A stretch of DNA of 64,000 nt from Vulcanimicrobiota bacterium. Its GTDB lineage: Bacteria; Vulcanimicrobiota; Vulcanimicrobiia; Vulcanimicrobiales; Vulcanimicrobiaceae. A program made the translations under genes and the position numbers. Below the pieces are notes generated by a model, which was not told where the DNA came from, did no database searches, and saw only the letters and a list, made by a program, of their open reading frames with translations. The stretch spans positions 160,001 through 224,000 of the forward strand of contig CAWHWQ010000003.1 in the NCBI GenBank assembly GCA_963833095.1, given 5' to 3'. Shown in pieces: positions 53,611 to 63,902 of the stretch (position 1 is the first letter of the stretch; every line of letters starts with the position of its first letter).

Positions 53611-54649
53611 TTAGTTCTGCGCGGTAGCAGATGCGTAACGTGCTCGCATCGAGCGCGCTCCCTCGCCCAGGGCGCGAAGTTTCCCATAGGCAACCCGCGT
53701 GACATGGGGGCCATGCCGCAGTTGGTCGTTGGGTGATCGATTCGGCAGGCAGATACTCGAGCGCCGTTTCGATTGTTCGAATGACGTCTTCGGGTGTTTC
53801 GATCGTCGTCGGAAGCGACGTCGATGCAGCCGACCGCGACGGATTTGGTCTTGAGATGCGCAAGCACGTGCGGCGGGACGCGCGACCCCGCAAGCTCGAT
53901 CGCCACCTGGTCAACATTGCTGCGCGCCAGCATCGGAAGCACGATATCATATTGATCCCAATGTTCGCCGAGGGAGTGCTTCCAGTCGTTGTTCGCCTGA
54001 ATCCCGTAGCCGTAGCACACGTGGACCGCCGTCTTGCACGGCACGCCGCGATACAAGCGTTGAGCGCGTCGATGCCCCACTCGTCAACCTCGTCGAAGAA
54101 CACGTTGAACGCTGGTTCATCGAGCTGGACGACGTCGACGCCGAGTGCGCAGAGGTCGAGAATCTCGTCATGGATGACGTCGGCGAAGGCGAACGCAAGA
54201 TCACGCCGCGAGCCATAATGGCCATCAAACAGCGTATCCACGATCGTCATCGGCCCAGGAATCGTGATCTTCAGCGTGCGATCGGTCACACTACGTGCGA
54301 ATTGCACTTCTGCTGCGTGCACGCTTTTCGGGCGGCGAATCGGGGCGACGACGCTCGGGCAATCGGCTTCATAGCGATCGGCGCGGATACCGCGCCGCAC
54401 CTTCTTCTCGAAATCTACTCCTTCGATGCCGGCGACGAACCCATGGACGAAGTGTTGGCGAGATTGTTCGCCGTCGGTCACAACATCGATTCCGGCGTGC
54501 TCTTCTTCAAAAAGTGCGATCCTGCGTCGCATCGCGCATCGCGTCGGCGAGCGCGTCTCCGCTTTGGCGCCATTGCGGCCAGAGCCGTTCGGTCTCGGCG
54601 AGCCACGATGGTTTGGGAAGACTCCCGCAATGGTCGTTGGAAAAAGCAT
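53611..54649 (-). CDS. Cobalamin-independent methionine synthase II family (single-domain MetE-like), frameshifted
   Basis: GIDVVTDGEQSRQHFV, PGPMTI, QLDEPAF, HVCYGYG, TNCGMAP. Confidence 0.88.
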
Positions 54650-54728
54650 CGTCTTAGGCTTCCTCTCTCCGATGCCTTTGCCTCCTTCATAGTGGGAGCG
54701 TGAGTCGGCGGCGAATTGCACGATCGCA

Positions 54729-54893
54729 ATGGGCATCCGAAAGAGCGGGGGGCCGCGCTCGTGTTATAAGAAAAACGGTGCCCCGAAGGTCGCGTTCAAA
54801 ACGCGAAAAGAAGCCGCGCGCGCCGTTCCCCGCACGAGCGTCGGTCTGCAGCCCTATGCGTGCCCGTTGCACGGATGGCATCTGGGGCATTGA
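54729..54893 (+). CDS. 54-aa putative Zn-binding small protein (not in ORF track)
   Basis: MGIRKSGGPRSCYKKNGAPKVAFKTRKEAARAVPRTSVGLQPYACPLHGWHLGH. Confidence 0.65.
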   Translation: MGIRKSGGPRSCYKKNGAPKVAFKTRKEAARAVPRTSVGLQPYACPLHGWHLGH

Positions 54894-54954
54894 GAACGCC
54901 TCAATGCAACCCGGTCCGAAGGGTCCGGTGATACCCGCGGCAGAATACTTCCGC

Positions 54955-55605
54955 GTGCCCAGGGACGATTGGTATAGAAAAACCACGTGGTCGACTGACG
55001 ACGCGAAGGACTTCTTCGCGCAGCTTGCTTGCTCGCAAACGGATATCCATCGCGCACAGTACTTAAAGATTCAGGCGCTCACGCTCAAAGACGCAAAGCA
55101 GTACGATGCCGCACTCGAGTTGGTTGAGACGGCCATCGAGAAGTTTCCCAGCAGAGAAATGACGCCGTTGCGCAAGCTACGAGCGGAGTGCCTTTGGGCG
55201 TTAGGCCGTCGCGAAGAGTCGTTGGAGGCATACCGCGGCGCGTTCCAAGCTCAGCGCGAGCAGCGCAACGCTTTGTGTAACGTGGGGCTGGCGTTCGCCG
55301 AAGCGTTTCACGACGTTGACGGTGGTGTCCACCGCTCGGAGCTCCTCGAACTTCTCCGAGAGGAAGTCGCCCAGCCTGAGTCCTTTGGACCTTTCCTCGA
55401 ATTCCGGTACTCGCTTATGTTTACTCGGCTCCTCGCGGGTCTCGGGAAGATGGACGCTGCTGCGAAGTGGGCGGATCGAGCGCTCTCGGCGCAGCGCGCC
55501 GAAATATCCGGACTGCGACATTATAAACGCGTTGGCTGGGCGAGCGGTGTTGACGAGGGCACCGAAATCTGGTTACGACAGCTAGCAGCACGGGCCAACG
55601 AGTGA
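54955..55605 (+). CDS. TPR-like hypothetical protein
   Basis: DWYRKTTW...QYLKIQA, helical repeats; start uncertain. Confidence 0.65.
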   Translation: MPRDDWYRKTTWSTDDAKDFFAQLACSQTDIHRAQYLKIQALTLKDAKQYDAALELVETAIEKFPSREMTPLRKLRAECLWALGRREESLEAYRGAFQAQREQRNALCNVGLAFAEAFHDVDGGVHRSELLELLREEVAQPESFGPFLEFRYSLMFTRLLAGLGKMDAAAKWADRALSAQRAEISGLRHYKRVGWASGVDEGTEIWLRQLAARANE

Positions 55606-55639
55606 ACGTAGCCTGCGTGAAGGTAGCAGCCGGAAAGCT

Positions 55640-56380
55640 GTGATCGAAAATCGGGTCGAGATCATCACCGCTGATGGCGTCATGGATACGTTCGTAACGT
55701 ATCCCGAGCGAGGCGGACCGTTTCCGGTGATCTTCTTTTACATGGACGCGCCGGGAATTCGTGAGGAGTTGCGCGATATGGTCCGTCGCCTCGCGACCGT
55801 CGGCTACGCCGTCGTGCTGCCGAATCTCTACTATCGCGCCGGAACGGGGACAGCCCTCGATCAGCAGCTGCTGCGCGAAGAGGGACCCGAGCGCGAGCGG
55901 ATGTGGCAACTCATGTACAGCATCAACAATGCGCTGATTATGGACGATACGCGAGCCCTCTTCGCGTTTATCGACGAGCAATCGTACGCCCTGACAGCGA
56001 GCATCGGTTGCGTCGGCTATTGCATGAGCGGCCAGTATGTCTTTACAGCTGCCGCAGAATTTCCAGATCGGATCGCGGCGATGGCTTCGCTTTACGGTGT
56101 GGGGCTGGTGACCGGCCGGCCCGATAGTCCGCACCTCCGCGCGGACCGCGTCAGCGCAGAAATGTATTTTGGTTGCGCCGAAGTCGACAGCTATGCACCG
56201 CCCGAGGTCGTCATCGAACTCGAACGCGCGCTCCTATCAGCGAGCGCCCCTTTTGAGGTCGAACGCTATCCCGGAACCGAGCATGGTTTTGCGTTTCCCC
56301 GTCGCCCGGCCTACGACAAAGTCGCAGCCGAACGGCACTGGGAACGTCTATTTGCGCTCTTTCGCCGCCGTCTTGGATAA
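55640..56380 (+). CDS. Dienelactone hydrolase family protein
   Basis: GYCMSG nucleophile motif, HGF. Confidence 0.92.
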   Translation: MIENRVEIITADGVMDTFVTYPERGGPFPVIFFYMDAPGIREELRDMVRRLATVGYAVVLPNLYYRAGTGTALDQQLLREEGPERERMWQLMYSINNALIMDDTRALFAFIDEQSYALTASIGCVGYCMSGQYVFTAAAEFPDRIAAMASLYGVGLVTGRPDSPHLRADRVSAEMYFGCAEVDSYAPPEVVIELERALLSASAPFEVERYPGTEHGFAFPRRPAYDKVAAERHWERLFALFRRRLG

Positions 56381-57013
56381 CCGCGCGAGCCACGCACCAA
56401 TGTCGCTCGTCTCGGCTGCGCTGATCTCGTGCGCGATCGGATAACTGTGCTCGTCTAATTTTGCGCCGCTACTCTCGCGCAAATACATTATGCTCCGCGC
56501 GACGAGGTCGGCCGGAATGACGCGATCGAACGATCCGTGCCCGTAAAAGATGGGAAGCCCTGCAAGACGGTTTTTTGTTATCGACAGATCCGTGTCGAAG
56601 GGCAGCGCACCGCTTAGAAGAATGGCACCCGCGTAACGTGCCGGCTGATCCAACACGAGTGCGCTCGCCATTGCCATGCCCGCGCTGAACCCCAAGAGAT
56701 ACACGTCTTGCGGCTCCGGGCGTCCGGCTGTAAGAGTGTCTAGCCACGCTTGAAACCAGATGAGTGACGCGCGCAGGCTTTCACCGATATAACGACCGGG
56801 CGTGCGGCTGTCACTCCAGGTGTAGCCGCCTTCGTCGGTCGGCAACGGCGCGCGCACCGAGGCCACCGCAACAGCAGAATCGATTGCGAGAGCCAACGAG
56901 AACAAGTCGTCTTCGTCCGCGCCGCGGCCGTGCAGCAGCACCAGAAGCGGGGGGCGCTTCGCGTTGGCGTTCTGGGCTTTACGCCAACGTACCGTTGGCG
57001 GCAGAGTGTACAT
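56348..57013 (-). CDS. Phospholipase/carboxylesterase (alpha/beta hydrolase)
   Basis: LLHGRG, GFSAG, HG..D.VIP, HEI. Confidence 0.9.
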   Translation of the reverse strand: MYTLPPTVRWRKAQNANAKRPPLLVLLHGRGADEDDLFSLALAIDSAVAVASVRAPLPTDEGGYTWSDSRTPGRYIGESLRASLIWFQAWLDTLTAGRPEPQDVYLLGFSAGMAMASALVLDQPARYAGAILLSGALPFDTDLSITKNRLAGLPIFYGHGSFDRVIPADLVARSIMYLRESSGAKLDEHSYPIAHEISAAETSDIGAWLARLSKTAAKERK

Positions 57014-57027
57014 CGTACCGAGTGGAG

Positions 57028-57222
57028 CTAGTCGTCGCGCTCGGCCGATTCCACGACGGGGTCACCGCCCTCTTCGATGCGGACGGCAAACGAAATTGGA
57101 CTGCAACATACCGGGCAATCCTCCGTAAAGCGCTGCCGCGAGCCCGCCGTGGGATCGACGCCGACGTGATTTTCCCGGCCGCAGTACGGGCAGATGTAGG
57201 CGGCGTCGGCTTCCAATGGCAT
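57028..57222 (-). CDS. CPXCG motif-containing cysteine-rich protein
   Basis: CPYCG...EDCPVCCSPI. Confidence 0.88.
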   Translation of the reverse strand: MPLEADAAYICPYCGRENHVGVDPTAGSRQRFTEDCPVCCSPISFAVRIEEGGDPVVESAERDD

Positions 57223-57421
57223 GCCTAGTCCCTCTCCGCGAAAGTGACTGTCACTCCCTCCCAAAAATCGCGCGACTGCGGCAAGCACAGCAGAAAACAC
57301 CGTGAGCTATCAACATTAGGCGCCGCAATGTAGGAGCAGCGCGGCAAGCCGATCTCGACAACTGCCTCCATACACGTAACGAGGGCGCATCCCAGCTACA
57401 AATCCAAGGGTTTTGGGGGCC

Positions 57422-57946
57422 ATGGAAACGACAACACTCTCCAAATTTCAAGCGCGCCTGGGCACCCCTTCCGACCTCGCGCAAGACGCGCGGGACGAGA
57501 TCGGCAAGGCGCTGCTGCCTCTCACCGCCGACGTGGTGGCGTTGTTCCTCAAGACGAAGAACTACCACTGGCACGTCTCGGGCAGCCACTACAAGGAATA
57601 TCACGAGCTGCTCGACGAGCACGCGACGCAGATCTTTGCGATGGTCGATGTGCTCGCCGAGCGCTCGCGCAAGCTCGGTCAGCCGACGCTGCGCAGTGTT
57701 GGCCAGGTCTCAAAGATCACGCGCGTCGACGACGATGATCGGGACTTTGTCGAACCGCATGCGATGTTGCGCCAGTTGGTCGAAGATAACAAGGATCTCG
57801 TCAGTCGCATGCGCGCTGTGCACGGTACCGTGGACGAGCTCGGTGACGTCGCGACGGCTTCCTTGCTCGAGGTCTTCATCGACGAAACCGAACGGCGGAT
57901 TTGGTTCCTGTACGAGACCGCGGTCGGCGAACAGTACACTAGCTAG
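57422..57946 (+). CDS. dps: Dps family ferritin-like DNA protection protein
   Basis: KTKNYHWHVSG...HELLDE...D.LAER; DETERRIWFL. Confidence 0.93.
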   Translation: METTTLSKFQARLGTPSDLAQDARDEIGKALLPLTADVVALFLKTKNYHWHVSGSHYKEYHELLDEHATQIFAMVDVLAERSRKLGQPTLRSVGQVSKITRVDDDDRDFVEPHAMLRQLVEDNKDLVSRMRAVHGTVDELGDVATASLLEVFIDETERRIWFLYETAVGEQYTS

Positions 57947-58114
57947 TAGTAGGCATTCTGCGCTTTTTGGATAACGTAAGGCCCCGCGCGGCCCTTCGCT
58001 AATTTGCGCGCGAGCGAGCGCTTTCTCAAAATCGCCGGGCCGATCGAATAGAGATTCCGGCCGCCTTTTAGACAAATGGCCGGAAAGATCGCCGGGGGCG
58101 GGCCGAAAGGCCAC

Positions 58115-59557
58115 ATGATGCAGCCTTTGCTGGAATCGTACGAGCAGGCCGCCTGCTACGACGAATACGCTGATCGGAACGGGCTCCCGCGGCGGCATTA
58201 CGCCGGCCTTGCCGCCACGCTTCGCTCAATCGAGTGGAGCGATTTGCGCGCGCGCGAGCAGCGGGTCAACGCCGTTTTGCTTCAGCGCGGCGTCACGTTC
58301 ACGGTCTATGCCGACAGCCAAGGCACCGAGCGCATCATGCCCTTCGATCTCATCCCGCGGATCATCCCGGGAAGCGAGTGGAGCCGGCTTTCGCGCGGCA
58401 TCGCTCAGCGCGTTCGTGCGCTTAACGCCTTTCTCACCGACGTCTATCACGAGCAGCGCATTCTTCGTGAAGGCGTCGTTCCGTGGGAACTGATCTATTC
58501 GTCCAAGTTCTTCTGCCGCGAAATGATCGACGTGCGCCTATTCCGCAACATCTACATCCACGTCTCGGGTATCGACCTCATTCGCGGAAGTGACGGCACG
58601 TACTACGTTCTCGAAGACAACTTGCGCTCGCCCTCGGGCATCTCGTACGTCCTCGAAAACCGCGACGTGCTCAAGCGTTCCTTTCCTAAACTCTTTGAGA
58701 ATTACCAGCCGCTGCCGGTCGACGACTATCCGTTGCGCCTGCGCGCCGCGCTTCGAGCAAGTAGCCGCAACGAGGATCCGACCATCGTGCTCCTGACGCC
58801 GGGCATCTACAACGCAGCGTACTTCGAGCACACGTTGCTCGCGCGCCGCATGGGCGTGGAGCTGGTCGAAGGGAGCGATCTCATCGTGCACGACAACGTC
58901 GTCTTTATGAAAACGACGCGCGGGTTGCAGCGCGTCGACGTCATCTACCGGCGTATCGACGACGACTTCCTCGACCCGCTCTATTTCCGGTCTGACTCGG
59001 CCGTTGGTATCGCGGGATTGATGAACGCCTATCGTGCGGGCAACGTGGTTATCGCCAACGCCGTCGGTACCGGCGTTGCCGATGACAAGGCGGTCTACCC
59101 GCACGTGCCGGCGATGATCCGCTTCTATCTCGATGAGGAACCGATTCTCGAGAATGTGCCGACCTTCGACTGCTCCAACGAGCGCGAGCGCGAACACGTG
59201 CTCGCGCACCTCGAAGAGCTCGTCGTCAAGAACACCAATCAATCCGGCGGCTACGGAATGCTCATGGGACCGTCCTCGACGGCCGACGAGCGCGAGACCT
59301 TTCACGACGCGATTTGCGCGCATCCCCGTGACTTCATCGCCCAACCGGTGATCCAACTCTCGTCGCATCCAACCATTGCCGGGGAGCGGCTCGCGCCACG
59401 ACGCGTTGATCTGCGTCCGTTCGCGCTTTACGGCCACGAGGTTGACGTCCCGCCCGCAGCGCTTACGCGTGTCGCACTTACCGAAGGGTCGCTGATCGTC
59501 AATTCTTCGCAGGGCGGGGGAAGCAAAGACACCTGGATCATCGAGGATGAGGGATAA
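58115..59557 (+). CDS. Circularly permuted type 2 ATP-grasp protein
   Basis: PFDLIPR, EDNLRSPSG, YRRIDDDFLDPL, GVADDK, SGGYG, VNSSQGGGSKDTW. Confidence 0.95.
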   Translation: MMQPLLESYEQAACYDEYADRNGLPRRHYAGLAATLRSIEWSDLRAREQRVNAVLLQRGVTFTVYADSQGTERIMPFDLIPRIIPGSEWSRLSRGIAQRVRALNAFLTDVYHEQRILREGVVPWELIYSSKFFCREMIDVRLFRNIYIHVSGIDLIRGSDGTYYVLEDNLRSPSGISYVLENRDVLKRSFPKLFENYQPLPVDDYPLRLRAALRASSRNEDPTIVLLTPGIYNAAYFEHTLLARRMGVELVEGSDLIVHDNVVFMKTTRGLQRVDVIYRRIDDDFLDPLYFRSDSAVGIAGLMNAYRAGNVVIANAVGTGVADDKAVYPHVPAMIRFYLDEEPILENVPTFDCSNEREREHVLAHLEELVVKNTNQSGGYGMLMGPSSTADERETFHDAICAHPRDFIAQPVIQLSSHPTIAGERLAPRRVDLRPFALYGHEVDVPPAALTRVALTEGSLIVNSSQGGGSKDTWIIEDEG

Positions 59558-60495
59558 TGTTATCGCGTGTCGCTGAATCGCTCTACTGGATGAGCCGGAA
59601 CCTCCAACGCGCCGAAACGCTTGCGCGCATCGTCGACGTGGCGTTCAACCGCACCGTCGATCGCAACGTAGCCGGACGTCAGCAGACGACCGCGATGTGG
59701 CGCAGCGTGCTCAGCCTCGTCGGCGTCCCCGGCGACGACGCCTATCCTGGCAGTTCGCGTTTTGCCGTTGACGCCTTTGCGCTCTCGACGTTTTCTCGCG
59801 AGCATCATAGCTCGATCGTCTCCTGCATTCGCATCGCGCGCCAAAACGCCGCCAGCGTCCGCGCCGAGCTGAGCAGCGAAGCCTGGGAAGCGGTCAACGC
59901 GCTCTATCTCTTCATCGAAAAGCAGTCTCCGCGCGCGGTCGTCCGCGCGGGACCCTCGTCGTTCCTTCGCGAGATTCGTGACGCAAGCATTGCCTTCGGC
60001 GGTATCGTCGATGCCACGATCACCCATGGCGAGGAATGGAACTTTCTCCAGCTCGGGCGCTTTCTCGAACGCGCTGCGACGACCGCAGGTATCCTCCAAA
60101 CGCACGACGAGAGCGATGATTCGGTTCCCGAATGGCAGCGCATCCTCGAGATGTGCTGCGCCAGCGAGCCCTTTGCACGAACGTTGCGCCACTCAAATGA
60201 TCCCCACGATGCGCTTGCGTTCGTTCTTCTGCACCGCGCGTTTCCGCGCTCCGTGCGCTATTGTACCGTTGAGGTTGACCACGCGCTGCACCGTCTTTCG
60301 GAAACGCAGCTCGGCACGTTCAGCAACGAAGCCGAACGCGTGACCGGACGCCTCGCTGCGATGCTCGACTACGTGCGGCTTCGCGAGATCGTCGACGAGG
60401 GGACGGTTGCCTTTGCGCGTCGCCTCGCTGCGCGCCTTGCGGAAATCGGCACCGCCGTGGAAGCTACGTACTTTCCACTTGTTCCGGCAGCATAG
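59557..60495 (+). CDS. Alpha-E domain protein
   Basis: MLSRVAESLYWM.R, ARQNA..VR, LGRFLERA, FPRSV. Confidence 0.93.
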   Translation: MLSRVAESLYWMSRNLQRAETLARIVDVAFNRTVDRNVAGRQQTTAMWRSVLSLVGVPGDDAYPGSSRFAVDAFALSTFSREHHSSIVSCIRIARQNAASVRAELSSEAWEAVNALYLFIEKQSPRAVVRAGPSSFLREIRDASIAFGGIVDATITHGEEWNFLQLGRFLERAATTAGILQTHDESDDSVPEWQRILEMCCASEPFARTLRHSNDPHDALAFVLLHRAFPRSVRYCTVEVDHALHRLSETQLGTFSNEAERVTGRLAAMLDYVRLREIVDEGTVAFARRLAARLAEIGTAVEATYFPLVPAA

Positions 60496-61350
60496 ATGCT
60501 GTACACGATCGATCACGAGACAGCGTATTCATACAGCCAGCGCGTGCGCGAGTCGTATACCGTCTGTCATTTACAGCCCCTCAGCGATACCACCCAATAC
60601 TGCACCGGCTTCGACCTGCGGATCGAGCCGCCAGCGCAAATCTTCGTCTATCGCGACCGGTTCAACAATGAAGTTCATCACTTCGACTACCTGCCCAATC
60701 ACGATGTCCTCACGATATGCGCGCGTTCGACGGTAGTTACCGTACGTGCGAGCCGGCCGCAAGCGCCTCCATTCGCGCAACGCGCGGCTCTTACGGCGGA
60801 TCCTCTTCTTCCGCAGCTCTATGATTTTATGCACGAAAGCCCGTACATTGTTTTCGGACCGGAGCTACGAAACTTCGCGACGTTTCTCGGCGACCCCGGA
60901 GATGATCTTGCCGCCTACTTCATTCGCGCCGGTGAGGCGATTCACGAGCTCTTTCGCTACGACCGCGACGCGACCGGCGTGCACACGATCGTCGACGAGG
61001 CGGTCGAGCTGCGCAGCGGCGTGTGCCAAGACTTTGCGCACGTCTACGTCGCTCTTTGCCGTCTGCATGGGATTCCAGCACGCTACGTCAGCGGCTACAT
61101 TCACACCCGTTCCGGCGACGAGGTCCTCGGCGCGGAGGCCTCGCACGCCTGGTGCGAGGCGTATTTGCCGCCGCACGGTTGGGTGGGCTTTGACCCGACA
61201 AATGCGCGCCTCATCAACGACGACTTCGTCAAGATCGCGGTCGGTCGAGATTACCGGGACGTGAGTCCCGTACGCGGCGTGTATAAGGGTGCCTCACAAG
61301 GCCTCCTCTCCGTCAACGTGGCGGTCGAGGCTTTAACGACGGCCCAGTAG
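60496..61350 (+). CDS. Transglutaminase family protein
   Basis: GVCQDFAH, ARYVSGY, SHAW, FDPTN, GRDY.DV. Confidence 0.94.
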   Translation: MLYTIDHETAYSYSQRVRESYTVCHLQPLSDTTQYCTGFDLRIEPPAQIFVYRDRFNNEVHHFDYLPNHDVLTICARSTVVTVRASRPQAPPFAQRAALTADPLLPQLYDFMHESPYIVFGPELRNFATFLGDPGDDLAAYFIRAGEAIHELFRYDRDATGVHTIVDEAVELRSGVCQDFAHVYVALCRLHGIPARYVSGYIHTRSGDEVLGAEASHAWCEAYLPPHGWVGFDPTNARLINDDFVKIAVGRDYRDVSPVRGVYKGASQGLLSVNVAVEALTTAQ

Positions 61351-61380
61351 CGTCGCTAACCAAAGGCGAAGCTTGGTGTC

Positions 61381-62127
61381 ATGCCCGCATTCGACCACGC
61401 CGGTGCCGCGCTCATTCTCGCCGTCGCAGCGGTCGGCGTGTTGCATACGATCGTGCCGGATCACTGGGCCCCCATCGTTGTGTTGGCGCGGGAGCAAGGC
61501 TGGTCGACTGCGCGCATCGCTCGGGCTGCCGCCGTGGCCGGCTTGGGCCACGTGACAACCACCCTGCTCCTCGGAGCAATCGTGTGGCTGGCTGGCGCTG
61601 CGCTCGCCGTACGTTACGCGCATCTCGTTTCGTCCGTCTCGGCGATCGCGTTGATCGCGTTTGGTTTGTGGATTGCGTACACCGGATGGAAAGAAACGCG
61701 TCAGGAGAGTCACACCGACGCGCTTCATGGGCACGCGCACCTTCACCGCCACGACGGGGGCCTCGAACACGTGCATTGGCACGAACATCACGACGACGAT
61801 CTGCATCTCGTCGAGCCAGGTGTTGCCGTGTTGCACAGTCATGACCATACCGCCTCGGGGCGCATGGCACTTTTGCTCATCCTCGGCTCCTCACCGATGA
61901 TCGAGGGCATTCCAGCCTTCTTCAACGCATCAACCAAAGGGCCGGCGCTACTCGGCGTGATGGCCATCGTCTTTGCCGCATCGACGATCGTCACGTACGT
62001 GGCGATGTGCGTGGCCGGATTGCGCGGCTTGCAAAAGACTTCACTCGGGCCGCTCGAACGGTACGGCGAAGTGCTCAGCGGCCTCTTCGTCGCACTCGTC
62101 GGCGTTTACGCGCTCCTCGCAGGCTGA
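61381..62127 (+). CDS. Ni/Co transporter-like membrane protein with His-rich loop
   Basis: LHTIVPDHW motif, HGHAHLHRH...HVHWHEHH. Confidence 0.75.
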   Translation: MPAFDHAGAALILAVAAVGVLHTIVPDHWAPIVVLAREQGWSTARIARAAAVAGLGHVTTTLLLGAIVWLAGAALAVRYAHLVSSVSAIALIAFGLWIAYTGWKETRQESHTDALHGHAHLHRHDGGLEHVHWHEHHDDDLHLVEPGVAVLHSHDHTASGRMALLLILGSSPMIEGIPAFFNASTKGPALLGVMAIVFAASTIVTYVAMCVAGLRGLQKTSLGPLERYGEVLSGLFVALVGVYALLAG

Positions 62128-63362
62128 GCGATGTTGTCGTAGATCCACAGCAGCAACGCTGTCAGCACGCCGACACCCGTAACGATGGGCCAGATTAGCG
62201 CTGGCCGGTGGACGACTTCACCGAAGTGGTGTAGTAGCGTACCGCCAAACCATCCTCCGACAAGCGAGCCGATGCCGATCGGCAGGAACGCAAAGCCCAT
62301 GTACGTTCCCTGTTGGCCTGCGGGCGCGAGGCGCGAAATATATTCGTAGTACCGTGGCGACTGAGTGATCTCCCCGAGCCCGAGTACCGCTAAACTCAAG
62401 ACCGCCATCAAAACGCTAGCTTTGGCCGCAAGCAGCAGCCAGCCCACGGATGTGATCAGCGTGCCTAGCGTGATCGCGCGAAACGCGGGAAACCTGCGCG
62501 TCAGCGCGTTTACCACAACCGTGAGTGTGATCACGATCAGGGGATCGGTGATAAGAATCATCGCGGTGTTGGCGTTCGGGTCGACGTAGTCGTGAATGTA
62601 AATCGGCAGAATAAGGTATTGCTGCCAGAAAACGATCCAGTAGCCCGAGAAGATCAGCAAAAACAGCACGAAACGCCCATTGCCGAGGACGGTCAAGAAG
62701 TTGCGCGCTACTTGCGCGAGCGAATCGGTCGATTGCGCGCTGCCGCCGCGCGGCTCTTTGAAGAACAGCAGCACGGTGAAAAACATTGCAAAGACGCTGA
62801 GCGCGGCGAGCAGAAACACGTTCTCGGGCCGCATGCGTTCGTTGATCCAGCCGGCAAGAAACGGACCGGCGGTACTACCGATATTGACCATCGTATAGTA
62901 GATGGAGTAGCCGATGGAGCGAACGCTCTCTTTGGATGCGCGAGCGGTTGTACCAACCACGGACGGCTTGACCAACGCGACGCCCAGTGCAGGTAAAAAA
63001 AGAATGACACCAGCCAAGAGACCAAGCGGGACGATTGCCCGTACCGGCGCGAGCCACGGTGCGCCGATCGAGCCCACGAGAAAATAGGCGCACGTCAGGA
63101 TAAGGTACGCGCTCGAAAGCGCCCGGCGAAATCCGATGCGATCGGCGACCGCTCCGCCGAAGACGGCCATCACCCAGACTGCGCCACCGAAGATGCCGCT
63201 GAGACCGGCGGCCTGCGAACTAGGAAACCCGAGCGTCGTGTTCAGATAGAGCGCAAGCGTCGAGAATACCGCGTAATACGAAAGCCGCTCGAAGATCTCG
63301 CTGACGTTAGCGATCCAAAACGGCCGCTCGAAGCCGGTGCGGATATCAGCCCACGATAACAA
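62106..63362 (-). CDS. MFS transporter (POT-like)
   Basis: EIFERLSYY, ADRIG, YYTMVNIG, about 12 TM. Confidence 0.88.
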   Translation of the reverse strand: MLSWADIRTGFERPFWIANVSEIFERLSYYAVFSTLALYLNTTLGFPSSQAAGLSGIFGGAVWVMAVFGGAVADRIGFRRALSSAYLILTCAYFLVGSIGAPWLAPVRAIVPLGLLAGVILFLPALGVALVKPSVVGTTARASKESVRSIGYSIYYTMVNIGSTAGPFLAGWINERMRPENVFLLAALSVFAMFFTVLLFFKEPRGGSAQSTDSLAQVARNFLTVLGNGRFVLFLLIFSGYWIVFWQQYLILPIYIHDYVDPNANTAMILITDPLIVITLTVVVNALTRRFPAFRAITLGTLITSVGWLLLAAKASVLMAVLSLAVLGLGEITQSPRYYEYISRLAPAGQQGTYMGFAFLPIGIGSLVGGWFGGTLLHHFGEVVHRPALIWPIVTGVGVLTALLLWIYDNIAQPARSA

Positions 63363-63729
63363 ATCGTCCGCCGTCGGTGAATAGAATCACGAGCAACATC
63401 GAAATCAGCATTAGTTCGTACGACCAGCCGAGTCCATCTTTGCCCCAAAAACCGGTCTTCCAGACGAAGATCTTCTTCTGCATCGCGCCGAGCATGATGA
63501 GGATGAGCCCGATCGACGCAAGCTGCTGTAGGACGCCCAAGATGACTCCAGCTCCGCCCGCGAGTTCGGCGACAGCGAGAAAGATAACGAAGCTTTTGGG
63601 AAGGCCGAGGCCCTTGCTGCGCTCGTCTGGACTGCGTATGTCGTTGTAGCCACTATCAACATAAACCAAGCCGGCCATGATCCGTAGAAATAACAGGCCA
63701 AAGTCAGTGAACGAGTCGAGATGAAACAT
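63346..63729 (-). CDS. DoxX family membrane protein
   Basis: LLFLRI, AELAGG..ILG, GWSYEL. Confidence 0.85.
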   Translation of the reverse strand: MFHLDSFTDFGLLFLRIMAGLVYVDSGYNDIRSPDERSKGLGLPKSFVIFLAVAELAGGAGVILGVLQQLASIGLILIMLGAMQKKIFVWKTGFWGKDGLGWSYELMLISMLLVILFTDGGRFVIVG

Positions 63730-63902
63730 AGGCTGCGCACCTCCGCAGCGGAGCTTTTTCGCTGCGCTCGGAACGGCCTGCGGTCGCGGATCCTCTACGA
63801 TAGCGCAGCTTTCGCGCCGATCTTTGCGACACGTGCCAGTTGCCCGAAGCAAGCTTAACCCATATAATCCAGATTTAATATCTAATTTTGCGTGGGGGCC
63901 CG

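Noticed and set aside
54700..54954. N-terminal extension of ORF 54700..55605
   Set aside because: Arg-rich off-frame reading over the 54-aa microprotein; likely start is GTG 54955
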